DNA from: Bacteroidales bacterium
GTDB lineage: Bacteria; Bacteroidota; Bacteroidia; Bacteroidales; CAIWKO01
DNA length: 64,000 nucleotides
Assembly: GCA_035389045.1 (NCBI GenBank)
Contig: DAOORA010000006.1
Coordinates: 1 to 64,000 of the forward strand
Direction of reading: 5' to 3'
The position numbers and the translations under genes were made by a program. The stretch's first letter is position 1. Each line of letters starts with the position of its first letter. Below the pieces are notes generated by a model. That model ran no database searches. It saw only the letters and a program-made list of their open reading frames with translations, and was not told where the DNA came from. This document shows, piece by piece, positions 8,898-19,848 of the stretch.

Positions 8898-9650
8898 TCA
8901 TTCATTGGTGAATTTATCAAATTTTAACAGGTCCTCCGGGACGTCAACGGAATAGCTTTCATGGTTTGTTTCCCGGGTGAAAACCCTGTACCCATTTTCG
9001 ATCCAGCGTAATTGTTCCAGCGATTCGGCAAGTTCCAGCGGACTGCTTTTTAACGAAGTTATTTGTTTCAGGGTTACACTCCGGTAAGCATAAATTCCTA
9101 TATGCTTGTAAAACAGAGCTTCCCGAAACCACGAGTCGGATTTTTTGTCTCTCACATACGGAATTTGGGCGCGTGAAAAATATAATGCCTGTTGATTGGC
9201 TGAAATGACAACTTTGATGATGTTCGGGCTTGCAAATTCTTCCTGTGAATCTAATTTTTTTATCAGCGTGGCAATTTCTATTTCCGGATCACTGAAACAG
9301 GAGGCCAGCAGATCAATTTGTCCGGGTTGTATATAGGGTTCATCGCCTTGGATATTGATGGCAACATCAAAGATTTTATTTCCGGTTTCGAGATTTCTGA
9401 CCACTTCGCAGCAGCGCTCAGTGCCCGTGCGGTGTGTGGAAGCCGTCATCATCACTTGTCCGCCAAATCCATTTACATGATCGAAGATGCGCTGGTCGTC
9501 CGTAGCCACAAAAACAGAAGTCAGAGCAGATGATTTAATGCATTGCCCATAAACCCTCTGGATCATTGATTTGCCGTTGATCTGCACCAGTGGTTTTCCC
9601 GGGAACCTGGAAGACGCAAAACGCGCAGGGATTATTCCGATGATCCTCAT
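8898..9650 (-). CDS. kdsB: 3-deoxy-manno-octulosonate cytidylyltransferase
   Basis: IIPARFASSRFPGKPL, VATDD, GTER, INIQGDEP, ALYFSR, HIGIYAY, ESLEQLR. Confidence 0.96.
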   Translation of the reverse strand: MRIIGIIPARFASSRFPGKPLVQINGKSMIQRVYGQCIKSSALTSVFVATDDQRIFDHVNGFGGQVMMTASTHRTGTERCCEVVRNLETGNKIFDVAINIQGDEPYIQPGQIDLLASCFSDPEIEIATLIKKLDSQEEFASPNIIKVVISANQQALYFSRAQIPYVRDKKSDSWFREALFYKHIGIYAYRSVTLKQITSLKSSPLELAESLEQLRWIENGYRVFTRETNHESYSVDVPEDLLKFDKFTNE

Positions 9651-9656
9651 CAGGAA

Positions 9657-10274
9657 TTATTTAAACAGACCGTATAATTCGCCGTTAATGTTGTCCATAA
9701 ACTTTTCCAGATCGGCAGAGTTGTTTGCGAAGTCTTTGTCGTCAACATCCACAATAAGTAATTTGCCTATTTTGTATGATGATATCCACGCTTCGTAACG
9801 TTCATTAAGCCGTGTAAGATAATCTATCCGGATGGAGTTTTCATAGTCACGTCCTCTTTTTTGAATCTGCCGCACTAATGTTGGGACCTCGGCTCTCAGG
9901 TAAACGAGCAGGTCGGGAGGTTTTATGAATGCGCTCATCAGTTCAAAGAGCGAACTGTAATTCTCAAAATCTCTGGTGTTCATAAGGCCCATGGCGTGAA
10001 GGTTGGGTGCGAAAATGTATGCATCCTCATAAATGGTCCTGTCCTGAACAACTGTTTTGCCTCCTTCACGGATCTTGATTACCTGGCGGAAACGGCTGTT
10101 CAGAAAATATATCTGCAGGTTGAACGACCATCGCTGCATGTCTTCATAAAAACTGTTCAGGTACGGGTTGACATCCACATCTTCATAAAGAGCTTCCCAT
10201 TTGAAGTTTTTTGCCAGTATGCCTGTCAGTGTTGTTTTTCCGGACCCGATATTTCCGGCAATAGCAATATGCAT
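9657..10274 (-). CDS. Deoxynucleoside kinase
   Basis: IAGNIGSGKTT P-loop, LQIYFL..R, QDRTIYED, IQKRGR.YE. Confidence 0.93.
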   Translation of the reverse strand: MHIAIAGNIGSGKTTLTGILAKNFKWEALYEDVDVNPYLNSFYEDMQRWSFNLQIYFLNSRFRQVIKIREGGKTVVQDRTIYEDAYIFAPNLHAMGLMNTRDFENYSSLFELMSAFIKPPDLLVYLRAEVPTLVRQIQKRGRDYENSIRIDYLTRLNERYEAWISSYKIGKLLIVDVDDKDFANNSADLEKFMDNINGELYGLFK

Positions 10275-10414
10275 GATAATAATTATTAAAAATGTTTATA
10301 AAAATAATATTTTTTACTGGAAGAAAAACCGGATAATAAAAGTAGTTTTTTTTTTAAAGAAGAATAAAATTTTTTTAAAAAATTTTAGTTGATAAAGTTT
10401 GATATTTTTGCAGT

Positions 10415-11161
10415 ATGATGAATATGGTTTCTATCATTCTGATTGCTGTTCCGATGGCAGTTGCCCCCGGTATCGGATTGAGTTTTTTTATATATTTCAA
10501 AGACAAATTTGAAAAAGAACCGTTCAGGTTATTAAGAAATTGTTTTTTATTTGGTGCGGTAAGCATTATTCCGGCTATAATCATTGAACTGTTATCGGGC
10601 TTTGCAGGGATGGATGAAAACAAAGGTGTACTGACTACTTTTTTTTATGCTTTTTGTATTGTTGCCGTAGCTGAGGAAGTATGTAAGTATGTCGTCCTAA
10701 GGTTTTATGTATATAAAAATGCGGCGTTTAACGAACCCTTTGACGGTATTGTCTATGCGGTAATGATTTCTATGGGTTTTGCAACGGTCGAAAATATATT
10801 ATATGCTGTGACATCGGGAGTCGGCACTACGGTTTTACGAATGTTCACGGCGGTGCCGCTTCATGCAGTGTGCGCCATCTTCATGGGGTATTTTATTGGT
10901 AAGGCAAAATTTTCCGGGCGGGTGCCGTTAAATATTGCTAAAGGATTGTTCTTTGCGGTACTGGCGCATGGGTTATATGATTTTTTTCTGTTTCAGAAAA
11001 ATGTTCCGGCGCTTGGAATTCTTTCTTTCGTAACATTGGGCGCTTCAGTATACCTCTCGTTTGTGGCAATAAACAAACATCAGAAAAACTCTCCTTTCAA
11101 CAACAGGAATTCCGGGAATATGATCAACGATAGTGCCAATGCCGGTGCTGAAACAAATTAG
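10415..11161 (+). CDS. PrsW-family intramembrane protease
   Basis: EE..K motif, EPFDGIVY, GFA..EN, HA and HGLYDF motifs, multiple TM segments. Confidence 0.9.
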   Translation: MMNMVSIILIAVPMAVAPGIGLSFFIYFKDKFEKEPFRLLRNCFLFGAVSIIPAIIIELLSGFAGMDENKGVLTTFFYAFCIVAVAEEVCKYVVLRFYVYKNAAFNEPFDGIVYAVMISMGFATVENILYAVTSGVGTTVLRMFTAVPLHAVCAIFMGYFIGKAKFSGRVPLNIAKGLFFAVLAHGLYDFFLFQKNVPALGILSFVTLGASVYLSFVAINKHQKNSPFNNRNSGNMINDSANAGAETN

Positions 11162-11273
11162 AAAAATCAAATTCTTAAGCAGTTTTCTGCACAGGCCTGT
11201 TAGAAATAGGCGGGCGAAAAAACTTCTTAGCGGAGCTTTTCACAGAAAACTTATTTTTTTCTTTCAGCCGTCA

Positions 11274-12371
11274 TTAGACCAGGCTGTACATTTTACCTGG
11301 CAAGGTCTTTACGATACCTTCAAACTCCAGGTTTAACAATGCCGCCGCCACATGGCTTGTAGTGGTCTGAAGTTCAAGGCAGATCGTGTCAATACTTAAT
11401 TGAATGTTTTTTTCAAGGAGTTTTACAATGGCATCTTCTTCAGGCGATAGATTAACAAATAATTTTCTTTGAACAACCGTATCTTTTTGTTTTTTTGTAT
11501 CCCATCCCATCAGGTATTTAATGTCTGCCGCTGACTGTATCAGTGCTGCTTTGTTGGTTTTGATAAAGTGATTGCATCCTTCGGAAAAAGTGTCCGTGAT
11601 TTTTCCGGGAACGGCAAAAACATCACGGTTGTATGAATTGGCAATGTCGGCAGTGATGAGGGCTCCGCCCTTTTTTGCCGCTTCGATAATGATGGTAGCA
11701 TCAGATAGTCCGGCAATAATTCTGTTTCTCTTTGGAAAATTTTCTCTGTCGGGGTTGGTTTCGCTGATATAATCCGTGATCAGTCCGCCCTTATCGATCA
11801 TCTTTTGTGCAAGATTCCGGTGCACGGCCGGATAAATCCGGTCAAGCCCATGGGCAAGAACACCAAGGGTTGGCAAGCCGTTTTTCAATGCCTCCCTGTG
11901 AGCACACGCATCGATACCATGAGCCAGCCCGCTTACGATCAGCACATCCGATTCGGCAAGCCCCTCGACGATGCTTTTGCAACATTCTTTTCCGTACTCC
12001 GTTGCACTGCGGGTTCCAACAATGCTTACAATTTTACTTTTATTTAATTCAGTATTCCCTTTGTGATAAAGCATCATCGGTGAATCCACGCAGTTTTTCA
12101 GCCGGTGTGGGTACAGGTCATCGGTGAAGAAAAAACTCCCGATCTTATATTTTTCAATAAAGGAAATTTCTTTTTCAGCCCGCCTCAGTGCATCATTTCG
12201 ATGGCTGATAATTGATCCGGCCAAAGTTTCCCTTATCCCCGGTATCCTCATCAGATGCTGTTTTTTTTCTTTAAAAACAGCTTCCACATCACCGCAGTAT
12301 GCAATGAGCTTTTTTCCTGTAATGTCACCAATTCCGGGTATCAGCGTAACGGCAATCTGAAACAACAACAT
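11274..12371 (-). CDS. dprA: DNA-processing protein DprA
   Basis: IVGTR.ATEYG, VSGLAHGIDA.AH, FPKRNRIIAGL, GGALITA, C-terminal LE.EG winged helix. Confidence 0.95.
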   Translation of the reverse strand: MLLFQIAVTLIPGIGDITGKKLIAYCGDVEAVFKEKKQHLMRIPGIRETLAGSIISHRNDALRRAEKEISFIEKYKIGSFFFTDDLYPHRLKNCVDSPMMLYHKGNTELNKSKIVSIVGTRSATEYGKECCKSIVEGLAESDVLIVSGLAHGIDACAHREALKNGLPTLGVLAHGLDRIYPAVHRNLAQKMIDKGGLITDYISETNPDRENFPKRNRIIAGLSDATIIIEAAKKGGALITADIANSYNRDVFAVPGKITDTFSEGCNHFIKTNKAALIQSAADIKYLMGWDTKKQKDTVVQRKLFVNLSPEEDAIVKLLEKNIQLSIDTICLELQTTTSHVAAALLNLEFEGIVKTLPGKMYSLV

Positions 12372-12559
12372 TTTATTGACGGTTTGATTTATAAAAACAT
12401 AAAACTAATAAAATAAATAAATGAAAATATCAGTTTAACGAATAAAAAACAGAACACCACCTTCATAGCATTTAAATACCTGATTATAAGATTAAAGTTC
12501 ATTGTCGCAAATAATGTATAAATTTGCATCGCAAAAAAAATGCCTTTAAAATTTGTTGT

Positions 12560-14956
12560 ATGAAAAAAAGATACTTTTTTGTGACTTTAATTTTATTGTG
12601 TGTGCCGGTGGTTATGGCTTTTTCGCAGGACGCCACGGTTAAAGGAATAATATACAACGGGACCACAAAAGAAACCATACCTGGTGTGAGTGTGCTTACC
12701 AGTGAAAAGACAGGAATGATTTCAGAAATTGACGGATCGTATGTCGTAAAAGTTCATAGTGGCAAAGCGGTAAAACTGGTTTTTAAACTATTAGGATACG
12801 GAAATGTTAGTAAATTATTTGAAATAAAACCCGGAGAAACAAAAGTGTTTGATATCCTGATGTACGAACAGTCGACAGCCATAGAGGGCGTTGTTGTGAG
12901 TGCAGGTAAATTCGAGCAAAAACTTTCGGATGTGACGATTTCAATGGATGTAATAAAGCCTTCCCAGATCCAAAACACAAATACAAACAATATAATGACT
13001 TCGCTGAATAAAATTTCAGGGATCGATATTTATGACTCCCAGCCCAGTATACGGGGGGGCAGCGGATATAGTTACGGTGCGGGGAACCGGGTAATGGTGA
13101 TGGTTGATGATATGCCGATCATGTCTCCGGATGCAGGCGATACCAAGTGGAATTATTTACCGATTGAAAATCTTTCCCAGGTTGAAGTCATTAAAGGAGC
13201 CTCATCTGCACTTTTCGGATCTTCAGCGTTGAACGGCGTGATAAATTTAAGGACCGCTTATCCGAAATCCAAGCCGGAAACGAAAATCACTGTCAACACG
13301 GGTGTATATTTAAACCCGAAAAGAATAGAAGCGGCATGGTGGTATGATGATGATGTACAATATTCCAATACCGTGATGGCGAAACTGATCAACCCCGCGT
13401 CAATGTTAGGGGTTAAAAATCCGGGATTTGGCGGTATCAATCTATTTCATTCGCGGCAAATCGGGCAGTTTGATCTCGTTGTTGGCAGCAATATATTCGA
13501 AAATCAGGGATTTCGCCAGGGAGAAGGAGAAGCCAGGGGCAGGGCAAATATGAATTTCAGGTACAGGGCAAAAAAAATTGCCGGGCTTTCGCTGGGACTG
13601 AATGCAAATTATATGTATCAGCACAAGTCGAATTTCTTTTTATGGCAGAATGCCGATTCGGGGATTTATCGCCAGAATAATCAGGTGGTCGGAACTTCCG
13701 GCTACCGTTTAACTGTGGATCCGTACTTTTTATATTTTAATAAACGGGGAAGCAAATACAGTTTAAAACTGAGGTATTATGCCCAAACCAATACCAATAA
13801 GGCAGATAGTACCATGAACAATAATTCCGATATGTTTTACGGTGATTACCAGTATCAGCATAAATTCCAGGACAAATACAACCTTACGGCAGGAATTGCA
13901 GGCACTATAGGCCGGTCAACAGCTTTGTTGTATCAGACAGATCATAAAGGGCTTAATGCTTCCATGTACATACAGTTTGATGCAAAATTCTGGAACAGGG
14001 TATCCTTCTCGCTCGGATTAAGAGGAGAATATTGCCGTATAGATAAAGATGAAACAGAATCTTCTTTTTCTATCAGGACCAAAAAAGACACGATCATTAT
14101 TCCGATAGAACCTGTGCTCAGGGCGGGTGTAAGTGTCGAAGTGGCCAAATATACCTTTATCCGGGCATCTTTCGGGCAGGGCTACAGATTTCCGTCCATT
14201 GCTGAGAAGTATATAAAAACTTCCATCGGTGCCATGAACATTTTTCCGAATCCCAATTTGGAAGCAGAATTGGGCTGGAGTGCAGAACTGGGTGTTAAAC
14301 AAGGTTTCAGGGTAGGCTCCTGGATAGGATTCATGGATGTTGCCGGATTTTGGACACAATACAAAAACATGATGGAATTTTCCTTTGGCGTGTACAAGCC
14401 GGACACTGCTTTGTATCCGACGCTAAGGGATATCGGGTTAAAATGCCTAAATGTGGGACACGCCCTGATCAACGGTGTTGATGCAACTATAAACGGGCAG
14501 GGGTTGATCTTTGGATTCCCTTCAACCCTCAGCTTAGGTTATATATATACAAATCCCGTGAACCTTGATTACGACCCGGCCGATAGCACCAGCATAAAGA
14601 TCTTGAAATACCGCCATCTTCATGCAGTGAAAGGCGATTTTGAAATAAAATTTTATTTTTTCACACTGGGAGCTTCTTATATATATAATAGCCGGATAAT
14701 CAACATTGATAAATTATTTGAAGGAGAACTTATCCCCGGAATGGCTTCAACAGCCCTGCTCCCGGGACTGAAAGAATACCGCGAAAAAAATAACAAGGGC
14801 TATCATCTTATTGATCTGAGAGCGCTGTTTGATATCAATAAAAATAACAGAATCGGCCTGTTCATTAATAATATTCTTAATTCCGAATATATGACCCGTC
14901 CCGGTTTTGTTGAAGCTCCTATTAATGTTTCTGTTCAGTATTCCCTGAATTTTTAA
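12560..14956 (+). CDS. TonB-dependent receptor (paralog 1)
   Basis: Signal peptide, N-terminal extension, plug IRGGSG..VEVIKGASSALFGSSALNGVIN, terminal Phe. Start moved to ATG 12560 because TAAATTTG lies at 12519-12526. Confidence 0.92.
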   Translation: MKKRYFFVTLILLCVPVVMAFSQDATVKGIIYNGTTKETIPGVSVLTSEKTGMISEIDGSYVVKVHSGKAVKLVFKLLGYGNVSKLFEIKPGETKVFDILMYEQSTAIEGVVVSAGKFEQKLSDVTISMDVIKPSQIQNTNTNNIMTSLNKISGIDIYDSQPSIRGGSGYSYGAGNRVMVMVDDMPIMSPDAGDTKWNYLPIENLSQVEVIKGASSALFGSSALNGVINLRTAYPKSKPETKITVNTGVYLNPKRIEAAWWYDDDVQYSNTVMAKLINPASMLGVKNPGFGGINLFHSRQIGQFDLVVGSNIFENQGFRQGEGEARGRANMNFRYRAKKIAGLSLGLNANYMYQHKSNFFLWQNADSGIYRQNNQVVGTSGYRLTVDPYFLYFNKRGSKYSLKLRYYAQTNTNKADSTMNNNSDMFYGDYQYQHKFQDKYNLTAGIAGTIGRSTALLYQTDHKGLNASMYIQFDAKFWNRVSFSLGLRGEYCRIDKDETESSFSIRTKKDTIIIPIEPVLRAGVSVEVAKYTFIRASFGQGYRFPSIAEKYIKTSIGAMNIFPNPNLEAELGWSAELGVKQGFRVGSWIGFMDVAGFWTQYKNMMEFSFGVYKPDTALYPTLRDIGLKCLNVGHALINGVDATINGQGLIFGFPSTLSLGYIYTNPVNLDYDPADSTSIKILKYRHLHAVKGDFEIKFYFFTLGASYIYNSRIINIDKLFEGELIPGMASTALLPGLKEYREKNNKGYHLIDLRALFDINKNNRIGLFINNILNSEYMTRPGFVEAPINVSVQYSLNF

Positions 14957-15237
14957 TTTGATTTTGTTTAGGTTATTTTAAGGTTTAAACATCCTTATTT
15001 TCATGTTCATCTTATCTTTTAAGTTTTTTTAACAAAAAAATTTTTACCGGAAACGCTTTTATACTAAACCACAAGAATTTATTAATGCCTGATAATCAGT
15101 GTTTTGTGGACCCATATACAAATAAATTTTTAAGAATATTGTCAATTAATTGAATTACAGTATTTTGGACGGGGTTTTTATTCGTAATTATTTTATAATT
15201 TTGCACACCTGTTTTTAACGTCAATAAAATACCTTAT

Positions 15238-17625
15238 ATGAAAAAAATATTCTTTTTGTTTGTGATCAGTGTGATATGGACCGTTTGTTCTTTTGCCCAG
15301 CAGGCGACTATCAAAGGAACCATTTACAACGGCAAGTTAAAAGAAACCATACCCGGGGTTAATGTCATCATAAATGAAAATACAGGAATGGTTTCAGATA
15401 TTGACGGTAAGTATTCCATAAAAGTTGATCCCGGTAAGGTGACGGTCACCTATAAATATATTGGTTATACTACCATTGTCAATACTTACGATCTGAAACC
15501 CGGTCAGACCCGGATCGAAGACATTCAGATGTATGAAGAATCCATGGTGATCGAAGGCATCGTGGTCAGCGCCGGAAAATTTGAACAGAAATTATCCGAT
15601 GTTACCATTTCTATGGCCGTGCTGAAGCCTGATCAGATCGAAAAACAAAACACCAATAATATTGACGAGGTTTTAAATAAAATACCGGGCATAGACATCT
15701 TTGATGAGCAACCGAGTATCAGGGGCGGGAGCGGTTACAGTTATGGCGCAGGCAGCCGTGTGATGGTGATGATGGATGATATGCCGCTGTTGTCTGCGGA
15801 TATGGGTGATGCTAAATGGAATTATATGCCTGTTGAAAACGTTTCACAGGTGGAAGTTTTAAAGGGCGCCTCTTCGGCCTTATTTGGTTCTTCGGCCCTT
15901 AACGGGGTAATAAATCTCCGGACGGCATTTCCTAAAGATAAACCCAAAACAAAAATTACTATTAACGAAGGTGTTTATTTAAATCCCAAACGCAAAGAGT
16001 TGATATGGTGGGACGAATACTCGCCGGATTTTTCCAACACCCTCATGTCAAAAATCATTAACCCGCTTTCTCTTTTAGGTATGAAAAATCCCGGATTCGG
16101 TGGAATTACTCTGTCCCACCTGCAAAAATTCGGTCAGTTCGACCTGGGTGTCGGTGGAAATTTTTATGAGGATCAGGGATTCCGCTACCCCAACGGTGAA
16201 TGCAGAGGCAGAGCCAACATCAATATGCGTTACCGGGTGAAAAAAATAGAAGGCCTCTCTTTTGGACTTAATGCAAATGCACAGTACCAAGGCACCACCA
16301 ATTTCTTTCTGTGGGGCAATGCCGATTCGGCCGCATGGATACAACGTCCTGATGCGATCACATATAATGAGGGCTTTCGACTTAATGTTGATCCCTACTT
16401 TTTGTATTTCAATAAAAGAGGAAGCAAATACAGTCTTAAGCTGAGGTATTATCATACGGCAAATATTTTTCCGAATGAACCCGACAAGAATAACATTGGG
16501 GATATTTATTATGGCGATTACCAGTACCAGCATAATTTCAAAGGTATTCATAATCTCACGGCAGGAGCTTCAGCGAGTTATTCAAACACCCATGCATCAC
16601 TTTTCGGAGAGCATGATGGCGTTAACTTTTCAATATATACTCAATATGATGCCAAATTCTGGAAAAAATTCACCTTGTCTTTAGGGCTTCGCGGGGAGTA
16701 TTACAGAATAGATACTGCACAATCGGAATCAACGTTTTCATTTAAAATAAAAGGCAAGGTACATTCTTTGCCTATTATGCCGGTATTCCGCGCAGGTATC
16801 AGTTACCAGGCAGCCAAGTATACGTTCATCAGGGCCTCTTTCGGTCAGGGATACCGCTTCCCTTCTGTGGCTGAGAAATTTGTCAAAACAAACCTCGGCG
16901 GTTTGAATATTTTTCCTAATAAACAACTTAAACCCGAAACAGGCTGGGCGGCAGAAATTGGCATCAAGCAGGGTGTTAAAATCGGAAAATGGAACGGATA
17001 TCTTGATCTTGCAGGTTTCTGGACAGAGTATAAAGATATGATGGAATTTACTTTTGGTGTGTATAAACCAGATACTGCCGCATACCCGACCCTTAATGAT
17101 ATCGGATTTAAATCAATTAATGTCGGGCATGCACGCATCTCCGGAATTGATGCGACTTTCACAGGACAGGGTACTTTTTTTGGTTTTCCTGCTACCATCC
17201 TGGCCGGATACACTTATTGTTATCCGATAAATCTGGATTATAACCCTGAAGACAGTAACAGCGTGAAAATCTTAAAATACAGGTATTTGCATTCTGTGAA
17301 GGCTGATTTTGATGTTACTTTTCATTTTTTCACGCTTGGTATCGGCATGATATATAACAGTAATATGGTGAATATTGACAAAGCCTTTGAAGGGGAATTA
17401 ATCCCGGGGATCAGCTCCTCCGACCTTCTTCCCGGCTTAAAAGCGTATCGGAAGGAAAACAACACGGGCTATTTTGTGATGAATCTCCGTGGTCTCTTTG
17501 ATATCACGGAAACCCAGCGAGTAGGGTTATTTGTCAATAATCTGTTGAATAAAGAATACATGTCACGGCCCGGATTAATTGAAGCCCCGAGAAATATTGC
17601 TATTCAATACAGCCTGACATTCTGA
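15238..17625 (+). CDS. TonB-dependent receptor (paralog 2)
   Basis: Same architecture and long identical blocks with paralog 1 (VVSAGKFEQKLSDVTISM, DPYFLYFNKRGSKYSLKLRYY); own TAATTTTG box at 15196-15203. Confidence 0.92.
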   Translation: MKKIFFLFVISVIWTVCSFAQQATIKGTIYNGKLKETIPGVNVIINENTGMVSDIDGKYSIKVDPGKVTVTYKYIGYTTIVNTYDLKPGQTRIEDIQMYEESMVIEGIVVSAGKFEQKLSDVTISMAVLKPDQIEKQNTNNIDEVLNKIPGIDIFDEQPSIRGGSGYSYGAGSRVMVMMDDMPLLSADMGDAKWNYMPVENVSQVEVLKGASSALFGSSALNGVINLRTAFPKDKPKTKITINEGVYLNPKRKELIWWDEYSPDFSNTLMSKIINPLSLLGMKNPGFGGITLSHLQKFGQFDLGVGGNFYEDQGFRYPNGECRGRANINMRYRVKKIEGLSFGLNANAQYQGTTNFFLWGNADSAAWIQRPDAITYNEGFRLNVDPYFLYFNKRGSKYSLKLRYYHTANIFPNEPDKNNIGDIYYGDYQYQHNFKGIHNLTAGASASYSNTHASLFGEHDGVNFSIYTQYDAKFWKKFTLSLGLRGEYYRIDTAQSESTFSFKIKGKVHSLPIMPVFRAGISYQAAKYTFIRASFGQGYRFPSVAEKFVKTNLGGLNIFPNKQLKPETGWAAEIGIKQGVKIGKWNGYLDLAGFWTEYKDMMEFTFGVYKPDTAAYPTLNDIGFKSINVGHARISGIDATFTGQGTFFGFPATILAGYTYCYPINLDYNPEDSNSVKILKYRYLHSVKADFDVTFHFFTLGIGMIYNSNMVNIDKAFEGELIPGISSSDLLPGLKAYRKENNTGYFVMNLRGLFDITETQRVGLFVNNLLNKEYMSRPGLIEAPRNIAIQYSLTF

Positions 17626-17630
17626 TTGTT

Positions 17631-18704
17631 TTGCCTATAAAAAAGAATATCCTGATTTGTCCGCTTAATTGGGGCCTTGGTCACGCCACCCGTTGTATCC
17701 CCATAATCAATATTTTAATTCAGGAAGGACACCATGTCATTATCGGCGCCGGCGGTGCGGCCATGACACTTTTGAAAAAAGTTTTTCCGGAAAACAAATG
17801 CATTGAGTTTGACGATTATAACATAAGTTATTCCAAAGGAAAACACCTGGTGAGAAAGATCGTTATTCAGATCCCGAAAATTTTATTCAGAATATGGTCA
17901 GAACATTACAAACTAAAGAAAATTATAAAACATTATCAGATAGATGTGGTCATCTCTGATAACAGGTTCGGACTTTGGAACAGGAACGTCAGGACGATCT
18001 ATATTACTCACCAGCTTTTTATCAAAAGCACCAACGGGAATTCCCTATTTGAATACCTGTTAAGAATAATACACAGATATTTTATTCTAAAATATGATGT
18101 GTGCTGGATTCCTGATTTAGCGGGAGATTTTAAACTGTCGGGCGAGTTATCTGGAAAATACCCAGCACCGTCAAACGCAAGATTCATAGGGGTGCTTTCG
18201 GATTTTTACGGATCAAAACCACAGGACAAAACAAATTATGATATATGTGCCTTGGTTTCAGGCCCGGAACCACAACGAACCATGTTTCAGAACATACTTA
18301 TCGGGCAGCTGAAACAAACTGACAAAAAAACTGTGGTGATCCTCGGTCAGCCTTCGGAAAAAATCAACAAAACCGAACATAAGAATATTACGGTATTCAA
18401 TTATTTGCAACCTTCTGACATTCAGGAATATTTTATGCGTTCGGTAGTGGTTATTGCACGGTCAGGGTATAGCACGATCATGGACCTGGCGGCGACGGGC
18501 AAAAGGGCCATCCTGGTTCCGACGCCGGGTCAGCCTGAACAGGAATATCTTGCAGCTTATTTATCTGAAAAGAAATTATTTTATTCAGTCGCACAAAACT
18601 GTTTTAATCTTGATGATGTCTTGAATAATACGGCTGCCTACCCGGGAATTATGATTTCCCGGAACGAAAGCTTACTAAAAGAAGAAATTTTAAGTGCTAT
18701 TTAA
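17631..18704 (+). CDS. Glycosyltransferase (GT-B fold, GT28 C-terminal-like)
   Basis: PLNWGLGHATRC, VISDNRFG, SGPEPQR, RSGYSTIMDL, PTPGQPEQEYLA; TTG start. Confidence 0.88.
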   Translation: MPIKKNILICPLNWGLGHATRCIPIINILIQEGHHVIIGAGGAAMTLLKKVFPENKCIEFDDYNISYSKGKHLVRKIVIQIPKILFRIWSEHYKLKKIIKHYQIDVVISDNRFGLWNRNVRTIYITHQLFIKSTNGNSLFEYLLRIIHRYFILKYDVCWIPDLAGDFKLSGELSGKYPAPSNARFIGVLSDFYGSKPQDKTNYDICALVSGPEPQRTMFQNILIGQLKQTDKKTVVILGQPSEKINKTEHKNITVFNYLQPSDIQEYFMRSVVVIARSGYSTIMDLAATGKRAILVPTPGQPEQEYLAAYLSEKKLFYSVAQNCFNLDDVLNNTAAYPGIMISRNESLLKEEILSAI

Positions 18705-18751
18705 AAATTTTTTTGCTCTTTTTTAATTAATTTTGGCAAAAGCAAAACAAA

Positions 18752-19846
18752 ATGCTGAAAAGAAATAAATGGCTGCTTATAATCCTCGGCGCGATTATAA
18801 TTTGTTTTCTGGTTTGGTATTTTTCAAAAATCTTTATTTTTATCCTTGTTTCGGCTGTGCTTTCTGTTATGGGGGCGCCGCTTGTTCATCTGCTCGACCG
18901 CATCCGTATCGGCAAACGAAAATTTCCTCATACCTTAAGCGCGCTGATAACATTAGTAGTCATTTATGGTGTAATCTTTGGGTTCTTTGCCCTGGTCGTA
19001 CCTATGCTGGTATCACAAATTACCACGCTCTCTTCCATCAAACCGGATGTTTTACTGGCCGGTTTGCAGGAACCTATTTCCTGGCTCGAAAATTTTTTGA
19101 TCCGTTTCAGAATTATGCAACCGGATGACAGCATCGAAACAATGATATCAAATAAAGTAATGTCTTTTATCAGCATAGCCAGTGCCGGCGACCTGGCAAG
19201 CACACTGTTCAATTTTGCAAGCAGTTTTTTCGTGGCGGTTTTTGCTATCGGGTTTATCACATTCTTCTTTCTGAAACAGAATAAAATGCTTATTAAATTC
19301 ATTATGTTGCTTACACCTGTCCGGTTACAATCAGAAATAAAACATATTTATCTTAAAATCATAAAATTACTCTCAAAGTACTTTTTAGGCCTGAGCCTCG
19401 ACTTGCTGATCGTGATAACGCTTATAACGATAAGTATGAGGATCTTCGGATTTAAAAATGCGTTAATGATCGGTTTTTTTGCAGGTATGATGAATGTGGT
19501 GCCTTATGTTGGACCAATAATTGGGTGTATCATTGCTTTGGTTTTTGCTTCCACAGGGATCATTGAAGCCGGCGGCAACTTAGAAATGATACCGGTTTTG
19601 CTCAAAGTCTGTGGCTCACTTCTTGTCATCAACATTATTGACGCATATGTTTTTCAACCCACCATATATTCAAATGTTGTAAAAGCACATCCCCTGGAAA
19701 TTTTTCTTGTAATATTAATTGCAGGAAGTACCGCAGGCATACTCGGCATGGTGCTGGCCATTCCTTCCTATACCGTAGTCCGTATCGTAGCCAAAGAGTT
19801 TCTGATCAAATATCCGGTCATCAAACGGTTGACCCAACATATCTGA
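18752..19846 (+). CDS. AI-2E family transporter
   Basis: Multi-TM protein with N.VPYVGP, QP.IYS..V..HPL, GILGM.LAIP. Confidence 0.9.
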   Translation: MLKRNKWLLIILGAIIICFLVWYFSKIFIFILVSAVLSVMGAPLVHLLDRIRIGKRKFPHTLSALITLVVIYGVIFGFFALVVPMLVSQITTLSSIKPDVLLAGLQEPISWLENFLIRFRIMQPDDSIETMISNKVMSFISIASAGDLASTLFNFASSFFVAVFAIGFITFFFLKQNKMLIKFIMLLTPVRLQSEIKHIYLKIIKLLSKYFLGLSLDLLIVITLITISMRIFGFKNALMIGFFAGMMNVVPYVGPIIGCIIALVFASTGIIEAGGNLEMIPVLLKVCGSLLVINIIDAYVFQPTIYSNVVKAHPLEIFLVILIAGSTAGILGMVLAIPSYTVVRIVAKEFLIKYPVIKRLTQHI

Positions 19847-19848
19847 CC

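Noticed and set aside
12372..12559. Cobalamin or other riboswitch before the TonB receptors (also 14957-15237)
   Set aside because: AT-rich with no B12-box or other aptamer motif, and the leaders are only about 30 nt after the -7 boxes.
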